Shown piece by piece: positions 12,362-23,282 of a stretch of DNA of 64,000 nucleotides. Each line of letters opens with the position of its first letter. The first letter of the stretch is position 1. Origin of the DNA: an uncultured Planctomycetaceae bacterium (GTDB lineage: Bacteria > Planctomycetota > Planctomycetia > Planctomycetales > Planctomycetaceae). The stretch spans positions 448,001 to 512,000 of the forward strand of contig CAWFGE010000013.1 in assembly GCA_963815195.1 (NCBI GenBank). The letters run 5' to 3'. The position numbers and the translations under genes are program-made. The notes under the pieces were generated by a model, which was not told the DNA's origin, searched no databases, and saw only the letters and a program-made list of their open reading frames with translations.

Positions 12362-13524
12362 CTAAAGCGAATTCAATAGAGCACGCGTGGCGGTGAGTTC
12401 GCGGGTCAGGCCGTCCACGAGGTTCACCGCCCCGCCGGGCAGGACTTCCCAGGTATAGGTTTCCACCTCCAGGTGCGGCGCGGAATCCAATTCGGCGACG
12501 GCCCCAAGAGCCAGCTTCAATTCCCGCCGCGTGGTGCCCAGCGGACCGAGGTGCTCCGCGTCCACGGGCACGTGGAAATGGATCCGCCAGGCCTCGGCTT
12601 CGGCAAAATTCGAAGGCGGCTGAAGCGCCAGCGACTCGCTCAAATCCACATGCCGGAGCGTCTGGCCCGCGGCGGTCTTCGCCAGCATTTGATGCAAATA
12701 GCGAGGCTCGACATATTGTGCGAGCGCCTCTCGGCCCTCGGCATTCGCTGCGGGATTTTCGAGATGGATCGCGCAGGTGATGTGGATTTTATTGAGCCGA
12801 ATCCCCGCGGCGTCGATTTGCCGAATGGAATCCGCAACGTCTTCAAACTCCACCGCTTGATGGCAAACGTCATAACACAGGCCGAGGTATTCTTGGGCGA
12901 GGATCGGGCTTGATGTCTCGGCGGCGGTTTCAAACAGCTTCGTAAAAAAGGCAATCGATTCGTCCGTCGTTTCCAAAAGACAAAACGGCTCCGGTTCGAT
13001 CGCGAGGCGGACTTTGCGGCCCGTTTCCTGATAGAGACGATCCAGTTGCACCGCCAGGTCCAAAAGCTGCACGATGGCCTGGGCTTCAAAATCCGCCGGG
13101 TATTGGAAAACCTTAAAACCCAAAGGCACCGTGGAAATGCTGCCTTCCCCGCCCGCGGGCAACAGGGCCGCGAGGATCCGGCGCAGTTTTTCGTGTATTC
13201 CAGGCGCTCGGGATCGGTCCAATCCGGCAGGTAAACGTTTTCCTTCACCCGCTGGCTGTGAAAATCACCGAACGGAAACGCATTGAGTGTATGGCAACTT
13301 AAATCCTGGCGATGCAACTTCTCGGAGAATTCCTTGACGCCGTCGGGCGTGCTCAATAATTCCTCGACCACCGGTTGAGCGAGCCATAAGCCGGCCGCCA
13401 AGGGTTCGCCAAAGTTCGCGTGCATCGGGACGGTGTATTCATTGAGGCCATGCTCGACCTCGGCCACCGTGCGGCCTGGATGGACGTTGGTGCAATAACT
13501 CAAAGGCAGGGGGTTTAATGCCAT
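12362..13524 (-). CDS. eboE: Metabolite traffic protein EboE, TIM barrel (frameshift ~13185)
   Basis: LSYCTNVHPG, LNAFPFGDFH...VKENVYLPDW, LAIEPEP, CYDVCHQAVEFE, RIHFHVP, HLEVETYTW. Confidence 0.85.
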
Positions 13525-13666
13525 CAGATCATTGATCGGATTATCGAAGGGACAGAGACAGGACGTGCAAGACCGCAGGCGATTCTACCGCGCCGAGATC
13601 TGTCACACCACCGTCCCGGCGGTTTGAGAACGCATTAACATCCGGCAAAACTCTGATGCCCTCGAA

Positions 13667-14548
13667 TCAGTACCCGATGCGGTGGCCGGTGGGATCGATG
13701 AGCCAGAGCCAATCGTCGAACAGGAATTCAAAGCGAATCGCCAAAAGCGCGATCCGGCCCATGACGGTATAGCCGAAGGCCGCCCCGAACGTAATCATCA
13801 GCACCCAGATTCCGACGCGAGAGATTTTTCCGACCGTGCCTTTGTGCTCGATGGAGAAGAAGAAGTACACGAGGCAGCACAGGATGCTGGCGATGATGAG
13901 CACGTTCTTCAGCGAATCCCAAGGTTCAAAGCTTCCTTCGCCGTTCAGCACGATCAAAGGCAGGATGCTGTTGTTGATCTGGCTGATGAAGTCGGCCTGC
14001 AGAAAGCCAATGAGCCGAATCCCGGCCGTCGCTCCGATGATAAACGCCAATGGCCAGCGGGAAATCCAGCCGCCGACGGGCATCAACCGCCAGAGGAGCA
14101 TCGCGCTTAAGATCAAAGGGATGATGGACCATTCCCAACCGCCGGTGTAAAGGGGCGAAAGTCCCGGCTGGGCCCAGGACTGAATCCAGGAGGGAAACAG
14201 CACGCCGAACAGGTTGGGAACCAGCGTCGTCCAAAACCCCACGACCATCCAATACGCGGCGGAGACGCCGACGACTGTGGATTCCGCCAGTTTGTAGAGC
14301 GGATTGTCGCGGTACAAAAAGGAGAACACGCACAAGGTCATGATTGCGGCGACCCAAATCCCGACGGTCCGCGAGAGGCTGAACTCCGCGGCCCCGGCGG
14401 CGGCTTCGGCGGGAGAGGCTCCCACCCAATTGCCCGCGGGCGTCTCGCGCACAAAGCCGAAGCCCATGCCCGAGGTCGTCGCGCGGTAAATCAGGAATCC
14501 GCCTCCCGCGACAAACAGAATCAGCCAGATTATCGTTTCACGTTTCAT
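13667..14548 (-). CDS. Multi-pass membrane protein of the glmL-like cluster
   Basis: 293-aa ORF with several hydrophobic helices; FSFLYRDNPLYKLAE, MITFGAAFGYTVMGRI; start overlaps upstream stop. Confidence 0.8.
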   Translation of the reverse strand: MKRETIIWLILFVAGGGFLIYRATTSGMGFGFVRETPAGNWVGASPAEAAAGAAEFSLSRTVGIWVAAIMTLCVFSFLYRDNPLYKLAESTVVGVSAAYWMVVGFWTTLVPNLFGVLFPSWIQSWAQPGLSPLYTGGWEWSIIPLILSAMLLWRLMPVGGWISRWPLAFIIGATAGIRLIGFLQADFISQINNSILPLIVLNGEGSFEPWDSLKNVLIIASILCCLVYFFFSIEHKGTVGKISRVGIWVLMITFGAAFGYTVMGRIALLAIRFEFLFDDWLWLIDPTGHRIGY

Positions 14549-15406
14549 CGGGTCGAACCCTCAAGCGAACGTTCCATAAAGAAGATCACATTCCCCGCGA
14601 TGATCAACAGGATCATCAAGACGTGGGCAATAAGCTGCGGCCCCATGCGGCGTTTGGCTTCCAGATATTTCGGATCGGGATTCGGGCCCGCGTATTCGTC
14701 GTTCACGAGCTTCTCATACTCCGCCGCCCCTTTGATGGCCCCCAACAAGCCCGGCAACTGATCGCCGAGATAAGGATAGAGTAATGGCGCTTGCACCCCG
14801 GTGCAGCCCGCGACCAGCGGGATTTTATAAGGCGTCGCCGCGTATTGGACCCACTCCTTCGTGCCCGGATAACCGGCGCTCACGTTGATGACCAAATCCA
14901 TGTCTTGCACGCTGTCGATTCCCCGGCACATGGGGATCTGGTCGATGTTCGTGCCGCGGGCGTCGGTCGTGTAAAGCTGCCGGAGATCGGTGACGATGAC
15001 CTTGATCACGCCTTCCTGCCCGGGCTTGAAGCCCAGGTTCACGTAGTCTTCGCCGTAGACGAGATGCGGGAAGTCGGCCTTGATGACGTTGTCGATGGAC
15101 TCGTCGATCATCTGCGGACCGACCGGCCAGAGGGCGAGGAAATACATTTTCAGTTTCTTCTCGCAGCAGTGCCGGACGAAGGCGGTGGCCATCGGGCCGA
15201 GTTCCCCTTCGCTGGCCGGGTCGAAGTCGAAGGCCAGCAGCACCTTGTCGCCCGGCTGCGAGGTCTTCGATTTCCTCGAACACGGAATCGGCGAGCTTCG
15301 TCGGCTTCTCGGGGAATTGCAGCTCGAGCAGGATCGGCACGCCCACCGCCAATGCCATCAGGAGAAAGATCCAGCGGCGGTCCACGTTTTTCAAGAATTG
15401 ATACAC
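14545..15406 (-). CDS. Membrane-anchored protein of the glmL-like cluster (frameshift ~15255)
   Basis: DRRWIFLLMALAVGVP N-terminal TM; VLLAFDFDPASEGELGPM; YGEDYVNLGFKPG; GLLGAIKGAAEYE; C-terminal TM. Confidence 0.8.
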
Positions 15407-15409
15407 GGG

Positions 15410-17239
15410 CTAATCCTCCGACGAACCCAAATAGGATCGGTCGATTCCCAAGAGCACTTTCAGCGATGTCGAGGCAATCCCCAGGGCGATCCCGATCATG
15501 ATCGCCCGGTTCCCGGCGGTGTTGAACACGATCATGATGTAAACGGCCAGGTTTTCGATTCTGAGGCCCGACAACGACTCCGGCATCCAGGAGGTCAACC
15601 ACACCCCGGCGGCAACTCGGCCGAGCAAAATGATGAATGCCGTCCCCAACAGCAAGGTGGCCTCCAGGTTCTTCGCCCGGAACGCCCGGAACGCCGCCGA
15701 TGCCACATAAAACGCCAACAGCGAGAACATCGTCGCCGTCAGCGGCTTGAAGAGATACTCGTAAATCCACCAGAACGGCGTGCCCTGTTCGCGGTAGTCG
15801 CCCGACCAGCGATATTTGATCTGATGGGCCAGCTTGAACAGCTTCACGATTTGCTCTTGCCAGGCGGTCTCGGCTTTGAGTTCCGCCAGCAGAAAATCTT
15901 TCTGCTCCGGCGTGAGCGGCCCGTGCTTGAGCAACGCGAAATACAGCGCACGGTTCCGATCGCCGATCGTGGGCTGCGATTGCAGGAATTTTTTCAAGGC
16001 CGCTTTCTGGCCGTCGCTCAACGGGCCGGCTTGTTCGAGCTGCTTTGTGAGCCGGTCCGTCAATTGTCCCGGGGGAGCCGGTTCGATCGCCGCCCTCAAC
16101 AGCCCTTCCTGCGCGGCGTTCAATTTCTTCGCGGGCTTCTCGGCGACAGCGGGCGGGCTGGTGCCGATTTCGGACAACATTTCGCAGGCGTCTTTTTCCG
16201 GCGCTTGATAGGCCCCGCCCGCGTTGATCGCTTCAATCAGTTGATCCGCGGTCCAGAGTCCGTCCAAGACCTTATTGAATTCTTCGAGTTGTTCTTCATT
16301 CAAAGGTTCGCCGCGGGATGCCATGTCTTCGCGGAGGGCGGTTCGCTCCTCATCCGTCAACGGGACCGCCACGGGAAACTGATCGAGCAGCGCGTCCCGC
16401 TCCGCGGTGGACATCGGGCCTTCAAACGCCAGCGTGCCCGAGTCCTTTTTGAACATGGCCACCTGAGCCAACGACTTCGGCACGGCAAAACTCGGCGGCC
16501 GTTCGGCTTTCACTTCCACAATGCGATGCGATCGTTCGCTCAATTTGTTGACGGCCGATTCCCAGGCCTCGTCGCCGTTCATCTTCAGCAGTTCGCTGCG
16601 CCGTTGGTCGGTCATCGCCCCTTTGAAGGCGAGCGTTTCGTGATCGGACAGGAAGGAAATCTTGCCTTTGAGATCCTGGGTCGGCTGCGCGGTCTCTGCC
16701 AAATGTTCGACGGCGCACCGCCACTTGAGCGAGCTGTCATATTCGTTGAGATCCTCGATCTGGTTCTCGCGGATCCAGCCTTTGAACACGATCTGGCCGT
16801 CTTTTCCCGAAAGTTGCCTGCGGACCGACGCGGGCAGTTCCTCCTCGACTTCGCGGTGCGGGATCTCGCCGGGGACGCGGAAGGTTTGCGAGTCGGGAAG
16901 GTCTTCCAAGGGGAAGTCGGCGAAGACCTGGCCGTAGAATTCCTGGTTCGGCGCGGGCGGGGCTCCGACTTTGATGAGCCCCACAATCAGCGTGACGAGG
17001 AACGCGAGCAACGTGATCATCGCATAACCCCAACCGGCCGACCGGTCGCTGATCTTCTTGAGTTGGACTTTGAGCAAGTTGCCGCCGCCCAGAATGAACG
17101 CGACCGCCGCGAGGATGTCAAACCAGACGGCCGCCACTTCCCCCCAGCCCACGGTGGCGGGAATGAACGATGCGACGATCAACACAAACCCCACCGCCGC
17201 GGTGATGAGCAGGGGCGTCGTGCGTTTCAAAAAGTTCAT
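15410..17239 (-). CDS. Membrane protein with large soluble insertion, glmL-like cluster
   Basis: 609 aa; N- and C-terminal TM blocks; ATMFSLLAFYVASAAFRAFR, AGNRAIMIGIALG, LKVLLGIDRSYLG. Confidence 0.8.
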   Translation of the reverse strand: MNFLKRTTPLLITAAVGFVLIVASFIPATVGWGEVAAVWFDILAAVAFILGGGNLLKVQLKKISDRSAGWGYAMITLLAFLVTLIVGLIKVGAPPAPNQEFYGQVFADFPLEDLPDSQTFRVPGEIPHREVEEELPASVRRQLSGKDGQIVFKGWIRENQIEDLNEYDSSLKWRCAVEHLAETAQPTQDLKGKISFLSDHETLAFKGAMTDQRRSELLKMNGDEAWESAVNKLSERSHRIVEVKAERPPSFAVPKSLAQVAMFKKDSGTLAFEGPMSTAERDALLDQFPVAVPLTDEERTALREDMASRGEPLNEEQLEEFNKVLDGLWTADQLIEAINAGGAYQAPEKDACEMLSEIGTSPPAVAEKPAKKLNAAQEGLLRAAIEPAPPGQLTDRLTKQLEQAGPLSDGQKAALKKFLQSQPTIGDRNRALYFALLKHGPLTPEQKDFLLAELKAETAWQEQIVKLFKLAHQIKYRWSGDYREQGTPFWWIYEYLFKPLTATMFSLLAFYVASAAFRAFRAKNLEATLLLGTAFIILLGRVAAGVWLTSWMPESLSGLRIENLAVYIMIVFNTAGNRAIMIGIALGIASTSLKVLLGIDRSYLGSSED

Positions 17240-17297
17240 GCGGGCCGTCTCCCTGGGGTGCCGTCTGGTCGCCTGATTTTTGACATGTTAAAGGCCT

Positions 17298-18521
17298 TTA
17301 TGACAACACTTCGGATTTGAGAAATTCCACGGCATTTTCAAAGAACTCGGCTCCCGTAAGGTTGAACAGCGTCGCAAAGATGCAGCCCAATAGCAAGAGG
17401 CAGCCCACGATCAGCTTGCCCACATCCTGGCCTTTGAGGCTGCCGAGTTGGTCGGGGTCGCCCGACAAGTAAGCCGAGGCCGCGAAGAATTCTTCGCCGA
17501 TCAACGTGTAATCGCAGGCCGCCACGAAGAACGGCAGCTGCGCCGGCTGGGCCGTGCCCGCGACCTGGATCGCTCCGATGGAGTTCCCGGTCTCGGCGAG
17601 GATCAGCGACTCGGCGAAGAACGAGCCCATGTAAAAACACGCGGCGGGCTTTTCGCGAACCATCATCCCGGACAAATACGCGACGTAGCCGAATTGCTCG
17701 TCGGTCACGTAATAGATGCGGTCTTCGTTGTAGGCGTCGGGCCGGCCCGCGGCGAGGTAAGCGGACTGCACGGTCTCGCGGCCCGTGGTCATCACCAGGG
17801 ATCGGCTCGTGGGGACTTCCACGACGGCGTCGTATTCCGCCGCCGTCTTCGCCACCCGCGAAAGCACCGTAAGCCCCGCCACGGTCTGGATGTCGTTGAT
17901 GTCCTGGACGCCTGGCACGAACAAGCACGTCCGGCCCATTTCGGTCGCCCGGCCGACGGCTTCATCGACCGCTTCCAGACCCGCGATTTTGCGAATCTTG
18001 AGCTCCCGCCCCGTGCGGGCAATCCCGATAAAGATAATCACCGAACCGCACACCAACGTGGTGATGATCGCCAGTCCGAACCGATCGCCCAAGAACCATT
18101 CCCGCGTGGCTTCGGCGGGTTCTTCGGTCGTGATCCAAGCCGAGGTGTCGCCGCCGGGTGACACGGCCCGCACGCGAAAATAATACGGTTCCCGCCGGTG
18201 GTTCTTGCCGACGGTCACGGTGATCGTGCCGGCCTCGTACGCGTCTTCATCCGGCACCGCCAGCCCGACATCCGTAAAGATGCCATCGGGTTCAACAGCC
18301 CGCTGCACGACATACCGCGCGACGCCGGGCGTTTCGAGGCCGGGCTTGTCGCTCGGCGAGAGCTTGAACGTCACATCGATCTGCTCGCCGTTGTCGAGCG
18401 GATGATCGCTCGCCGTCACATTTCGTGGCGGAGCCGGCACCGCGGCGCTGCCAGCGTCGGGCAGAAGAACCACGGCCGCCGCGAACGTCAGCAGAATGAA
18501 CAAGCATTGTGTCGGACGCAT
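17298..18521 (-). CDS. FN3-like + DUF6754-type membrane protein
   Basis: Signal peptide; PAPPRNVTASD...YYFRVRAV (FN3-like); TM; IRKIAGLEAVDEAVGRATEMG, FFAESLILAETG, CDYTLIGEEFFAASAYLS. Confidence 0.75.
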   Translation of the reverse strand: MRPTQCLFILLTFAAAVVLLPDAGSAAVPAPPRNVTASDHPLDNGEQIDVTFKLSPSDKPGLETPGVARYVVQRAVEPDGIFTDVGLAVPDEDAYEAGTITVTVGKNHRREPYYFRVRAVSPGGDTSAWITTEEPAEATREWFLGDRFGLAIITTLVCGSVIIFIGIARTGRELKIRKIAGLEAVDEAVGRATEMGRTCLFVPGVQDINDIQTVAGLTVLSRVAKTAAEYDAVVEVPTSRSLVMTTGRETVQSAYLAAGRPDAYNEDRIYYVTDEQFGYVAYLSGMMVREKPAACFYMGSFFAESLILAETGNSIGAIQVAGTAQPAQLPFFVAACDYTLIGEEFFAASAYLSGDPDQLGSLKGQDVGKLIVGCLLLLGCIFATLFNLTGAEFFENAVEFLKSEVLS

Positions 18522-18524
18522 GGA

Positions 18525-19653
18525 TTATTCTCCAATAATCTCCACATTGGCGCGGGGGACGAGGACTTTGCTGCCGGATTCCAGATCGACTTCCAGGACG
18601 CGGGCTTTGGAGCCCGAGCCGAGGACTTTGGGTTCCGGAGGGCAGGCCGCTGACGTGGCCGATCAGGCCGAAATGCGGGTCGCGGATGATCCGCACCGGG
18701 GAGCCGATGTTCAAGGCTCCGTCCGCGTGGGCGGGCTCGGCTTCTTGGTTGAGTTCGTCCCCTGAAAGCGGGATCAGAATCTCCGGCCGCATCACGCCCG
18801 CGCGGATTTGCGTGGCCCCGTTGACCGCGGCGTCATCGCCTTCGCGGGACTTCAAAAGCCCGAACGTGCGCTCGGCCATGGCGATCTCGCCGAAGCCTTC
18901 AGTGATGATTACCGTGGTGCCGACGTGTTCGGAACCCGTGACCGCCACGCCCAGGTCGTAGCCGAGGATTTCCTTGAGATCCTGATCGTCCATCCCGCCG
19001 GAGACGACCGCCGAGATGCCGATGTCGATAGCTTTCCGCACGGCGTCGCCGGTCATTCTCGCCCCGCCGATGACGATGTGGTCTTTCATGTCCGAGGAGA
19101 GCAGTTGGGCGGTGAGTTCTTCCTTAGGGTCGGCACAGGCCATTTTGAGTTTGCCGTAGGCTTCGCCGCCGATGCCGAAGATGCCCTGGATGTAGGTGAT
19201 GTCGGCTTCGATGACCACGCCTTCGTTGGGAATCACCTCGATGACTTGTCCCGCCAGGAATGCGAGCACCCGCACGGCGAGCGGCTCGCCGCGAATGATG
19301 AGCTGCCCGGTGACTTTGGAGACCGATTCCAGCGTGCCCGCCGCCTTGGATTTGTACTCGTTCTTGAACATCCCGAAGATGCCCTTGGTCCGGGCGAGCG
19401 GCTGGCCGATCTCGACGGCTTCGCCTTCCTTCACGAGCAGAGATTCGCTGACTTCGGCCGGCGGCAGCGAGAGCAGATTCGCCAGGTTAATCGGCGTGAC
19501 ATCGCCCGGCATAAACGTTTGGGCGACGACGTCCCGCGCCCCGACCTTCTGCCCGACCTCGACGAGCACATCGCCCGCAATCGGCAACAGCCGCCGCGTC
19601 TGATGCCTGACGCGATTGGTGACTTTTAATCCGGGTGTGTATGCAACAGCCAT
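18525..19653 (-). CDS. Conserved hypothetical soluble protein with biotinyl/lipoyl-like hybrid segments and KOW-like C-terminus (frameshift ~18640)
   Basis: MAVAYTPGLKV; GDVLVEVGQKV; LLVKEGEAVEIGQPLA; IQGIFGIGGE; IITEGFG; IGSPVRIIRDPHFG...VPRANVEII. Confidence 0.75.
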
Positions 19654-19687
19654 GCAAAGAATCTTTTCTTCTTCAAACGAACACAAA

Positions 19688-19817
19688 GGCGAGCGGGGGG
19701 CGTAAGCCCCCTGGTTGCTCACGATGTGTGATCGTGTATTGCGCTTCTATTGACTTCCATAAATCGAAGTTCTTTCAGCATTCCACATAACCAGGGGGCT
19801 TACGCCCCCCGCTCGCC
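19688..19817. repeat. REP doublet (family E)
   Basis: GGCGAGCGGGGGGCGTAAGCCCCCTGGTT and its reverse complement flank an AT-rich spacer. Confidence 0.85.
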
Positions 19818-19820
19818 GTT

Positions 19821-21645
19821 TTACTCGGGATAAAGTTGTAACTCATCAATCCAACTCTTCACCGCACTCCGACACGCGACCGGATCTTGCGGCAAGGATA
19901 GCGGGCGGCCGCGGGCGTCGAGAATCAAACCCACGGTGCCGCCTTTGACGGTTTTCTTGATTGCTTTGCCGGAGCCGGCTCCCATATTAAAACCCTTGGC
20001 CGGATCGATTTCGACCTCGGCGGTTTGGTCTTCCGCGAGCGGGAAGAGTTTCATTTCGCCGTAGGCCAACTCTCCCTGTTCCGAGAGGCCGCCGCCTTCG
20101 ATCTGGTACTTAAAGCACGCTTTGCCCGGCTTGCCGGTGCCGGCGGGGGCGATGCAGGTGCCCAGGTAGATCAAGCAGTCCCGCTCGAAGACTTCGAGGG
20201 CCGCCGCGGGATGCACTTGGGCCAGCACGCCCAGATGGGGCATCATGAAGATGCTGTCTTTCGCGAGCGTCGTGAAACCTTCCGGCTCGAAGGCATCGAC
20301 CAGCATCGCGGCCGTCTGGTGCATTCGCGGGGCATGCGACAACACGCCGCCCGATGCGACCAACAGGTTGAGCTTCATGTTATCGACGATCGTCTGCCCG
20401 CTGGTCTGCTGGCTGAACGTGTCGCCCACGGTCCGCTGCTGCTGCACGCCTTTAAGCGTCGTGGCGAACTCCTTGTGCTGGATGTAAGCGAGCCTGAGCG
20501 CTTCCGCGCGACGGCTTGCTCGAAGATTAAGGCCTCGAGCGTTTGCGGGATTGTGGTGGGGCGGATCATTTTGTTCTTCACGCGGTTTCTGAGGTCCCGC
20601 TCGTCCATGTCGAAATGCACCCACCTTAGAGATCATCGGCAGCGTGGCCTCGGCACAGACGTTGGAGATCGAATAGCTCATCCCCAGATTCGCCGAGACC
20701 GTGCGGTTGAAAACCGGGTCTTCCGAATCGGGGTCGCGGAACACGCTGAACACGTCCGTCGTCGCCCCGCCGATGTCCACACCGACCGCCGTGATCCCCT
20801 GCCGCTCGGCGATGGTTTGCAGAATGTTCCCCACCGCGCCGGGCGTGGGCATGATCGGGGCGTCGGTCCATTCGATGAGCTTGTTATAACCCGGGGCGTG
20901 GGCCATCACGTGTTCGAGGAACAGATCGTGAATCGCATCGCGGGCCGGGCCAAGGTTCTCCCGTTCGAGCACCGGGCGGAGGTTGTCCACGATCTTCAGC
21001 TCGACCGAGTCTGTCGAACACCTTCGCGACCAAGGGGGCGGCGTCTTTGTTCCCCGCATAGACCAGCGGCATGCGGTATTCCTTCCCGAACCGCGGCTGC
21101 GGCTTGGCGGGGGCGATGAGTTCGGCAATCTCCACCACCTTCGTCGCGTTGCCGCCGTCGGTGCCTCCGGAGAGCAAAATCATATCCGGCCGCAGTTCGC
21201 GGATCCGCTGGATTTGCTCGTGCGGCAGGCGTTTGTCGTTGGAGGCGATCGTGTCCATCACAATCGCCCCGGCTCCGAGGGCAGCCCGCTTGGCGCTGGC
21301 GGCGGTCATCTCCCGCACGATGCCCGCGACCATCATCTGCAGTCCCCCGCCCGCGCTCGAGGTGGAGATATAAATATCGCAACCTTCGCCGTCTTTGGCG
21401 GGGCGGATGATGTTGCCGTCGTCATCGACCAGTCGACGGCCCGCGAGTTCGCCGACTTCGGTGACGGCATTCACCACGCCCACGGTCACATCGGCCACGG
21501 GTTGCTCGACGGTCGTGGGGGCTTCGCCGCGATAGGTCTGGCGGTAATGGCCGTCGACTTTTTCGATGAGGATGGCCTTGGTCGTCGTGCTGCCGCAGTC
21601 GGTGGCCAGGATGACGTTGATTTTGTCGGGATCAAGCTGGTTCAT
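19821..21645 (-). CDS. Glutamate mutase L (GlmL)-like ASKHA-fold protein (frameshifts ~21015, ~20625, ~20510)
   Basis: ATDCGSTTTKA, SSAGGGLQM, AKRAALGAGA, LLSGGTDGG, YAGNK, MPTPGAV, VDIGGATTDVFS, RTVSANLGM, SGGVLSHAP. Confidence 0.8.
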
Positions 21646-22006
21646 CGGGGGTGTCTGTCCGTAAGTCGTCCTGTGTGGGGGCGGCTTCGTGCCGGGTCGC
21701 TTCGGCTTCGAGTTCTTCAATCCGCCGGCAAAGGTACTCAATCGAACCGCGTTGTTCCAGGAAGGCGGCAAAATGCCGGTGCCCGCCGGTTTTGCTCAGC
21801 ACCGACAACACCGGGGCGAAAAAATGCAGCGCCTGCGAGCCGAGGTAGTTCAGCGGCCGGGACATTTCCAAAAACACGAGGGCCGGCGTGGTGAGATGCC
21901 GTTTGACGATCTGCCGGCACACCGCATCCACCGCGTGCCGCTGTTCGGGCGTGGGTTCGGATGGTCCGGGCGGATCGACCGCAAACGCATGTTTCAACCA
22001 CTGCAT
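21632..22006 (-). CDS. Hypothetical protein
   Basis: 124 aa, IVKRHLTTPALVFLEMSRPLNYLGSQ; 3' end overlaps start of the glmL-like gene. Confidence 0.75.
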   Translation of the reverse strand: MQWLKHAFAVDPPGPSEPTPEQRHAVDAVCRQIVKRHLTTPALVFLEMSRPLNYLGSQALHFFAPVLSVLSKTGGHRHFAAFLEQRGSIEYLCRRIEELEAEATRHEAAPTQDDLRTDTPDEPA

Positions 22007-22606
22007 GGCGTTCGCTCCTCCTGTGAAACTTCCACTTTCGTGCGTATCTCAGAAAGGTTGGCAAGATCCGGCTGGCACGTCCCGGAGCGCAGCGAAAGGG
22101 GTGGCGAATCGCAAGCACCATCCCGTTGACCACGCCCTTCGTTCCTCAGGGCGTGCCGCCCCTCCCGCGAAACGTCCCGCACAATCGCCCCGTCCGGCAA
22201 CAGATTGCAAATCTGCCGGATGACCTCTTCCGAGTTCTTGCCAAACAGCACCGAGACGCCGCGGTATTCATCCAGAAACGACCGCTTCGTGCGGGGCGAC
22301 AAAAACCCGCCGGCTTCGTCGAAGACAAACCGCCGAAGTTCCGCCCATGGGTAGCGAGCGGTTTTGAGCGGAAAGCGGGCCGAGATGCCCTCTGCGTCCA
22401 ACTCATACCGCGTCGGAAAGAAAAACCGATTGCACCCGACCAGCAACACCCCCGCCGCGAAAACTCCCCAGCCGGGTTGTTCCATCAACTCCGCGCACAG
22501 CCAAGCAGCCAGAAGGATCGCCAGCAACACACAAAGCGCGGTTCCCGGGCGGCTCCCGTGCCGGGTGAACTCGCCAGGCCAAGATGGAGGACGGAGGTGC
22601 ATCCAA
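21994..22606 (-). CDS. Hypothetical membrane protein (probable frameshift ~22550)
   Basis: AWRVHPARE...two TM helices...FFFPTRYEL...LSPRTKRSFLDEYRG; stop overlaps next start. Confidence 0.6.
22074..22157. repeat. REP-like palindrome (family C)
   Basis: GGCACGTCCCGGAGCGCAGCGAAAGGGGTGG...CCACGCCCTTCGTTCCTCAGGGCGTGCC; homologous to 29226-29306. Confidence 0.75.
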
Positions 22607-22691
22607 CGCAAAATCTTTCGCCAAAACCGGTAAGGGCGTTTTGGAGTTACGATAGCATCCCCGCACCGAGAATGCGACCAACCGCAGCGCT

Positions 22692-23153
22692 TCATTCCTG
22701 CGCCTGGAATCCCAGATCGACATCATAGTAATTGAGCGCCCATTCCTTCATGTACCTGACCTGGTTGGGGACGATGCGGTACACGATGAGGTCCGGGTTG
22801 TCGAGGCTGCCCAGGTATTGGCGGAGGAGCGGGTTTTCGTTCCAGATGTCTTCGAGCAGCGGCCGGTCGGTGACGACTTCGGCCACGCCGGTGATGCGGA
22901 CCTGGTTGTGCCCCTCGTCCAGGTAGCACAGCTCGACTTTGGGGTTGGCGGCGATTTCTTCGGTCTTGTGATACTGCCGAAGGTTCGCGACATACACGGT
23001 GAAGCGTTCCGTGCGGACGGGAGACACGGGCCGCAGGCGGGCCTGGTCTCCGTCCATCGACGCGAGGTACGGAAACCGGTCGTGGGCGACGACGCCGAGC
23101 GCTAACTCTTCCACGCGGGCGGGATCGAGAGGTTCCGGAACGGGCTTGGTCAT
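22692..23153 (-). CDS. Pyridoxamine 5'-phosphate oxidase-like FMN-binding protein
   Basis: YLASMDGDQARLRPV...KTEEIAANPKVELCY...QVRITGVAEVV. Confidence 0.85.
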   Translation of the reverse strand: MTKPVPEPLDPARVEELALGVVAHDRFPYLASMDGDQARLRPVSPVRTERFTVYVANLRQYHKTEEIAANPKVELCYLDEGHNQVRITGVAEVVTDRPLLEDIWNENPLLRQYLGSLDNPDLIVYRIVPNQVRYMKEWALNYYDVDLGFQAQE

Positions 23154-23282
23154 CGTTGGGGCTTCCTGTGTTGTAAACTGTCGGCGGGGCGATGCTCATG
23201 GTAGCATACCGCGAATCGATTGCGTTTTTCAAAACCGCCCGGTAGGTTGGTTTGCGGGTTTTACGAAGAAATTCAGGTTAAG

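Noticed and set aside
19821..21645. DNA mismatch-repair MutL or a glutamate fermentation locus
   Set aside because: Motifs are ASKHA/GlmL type, not GHKL; no mutase subunits are adjacent
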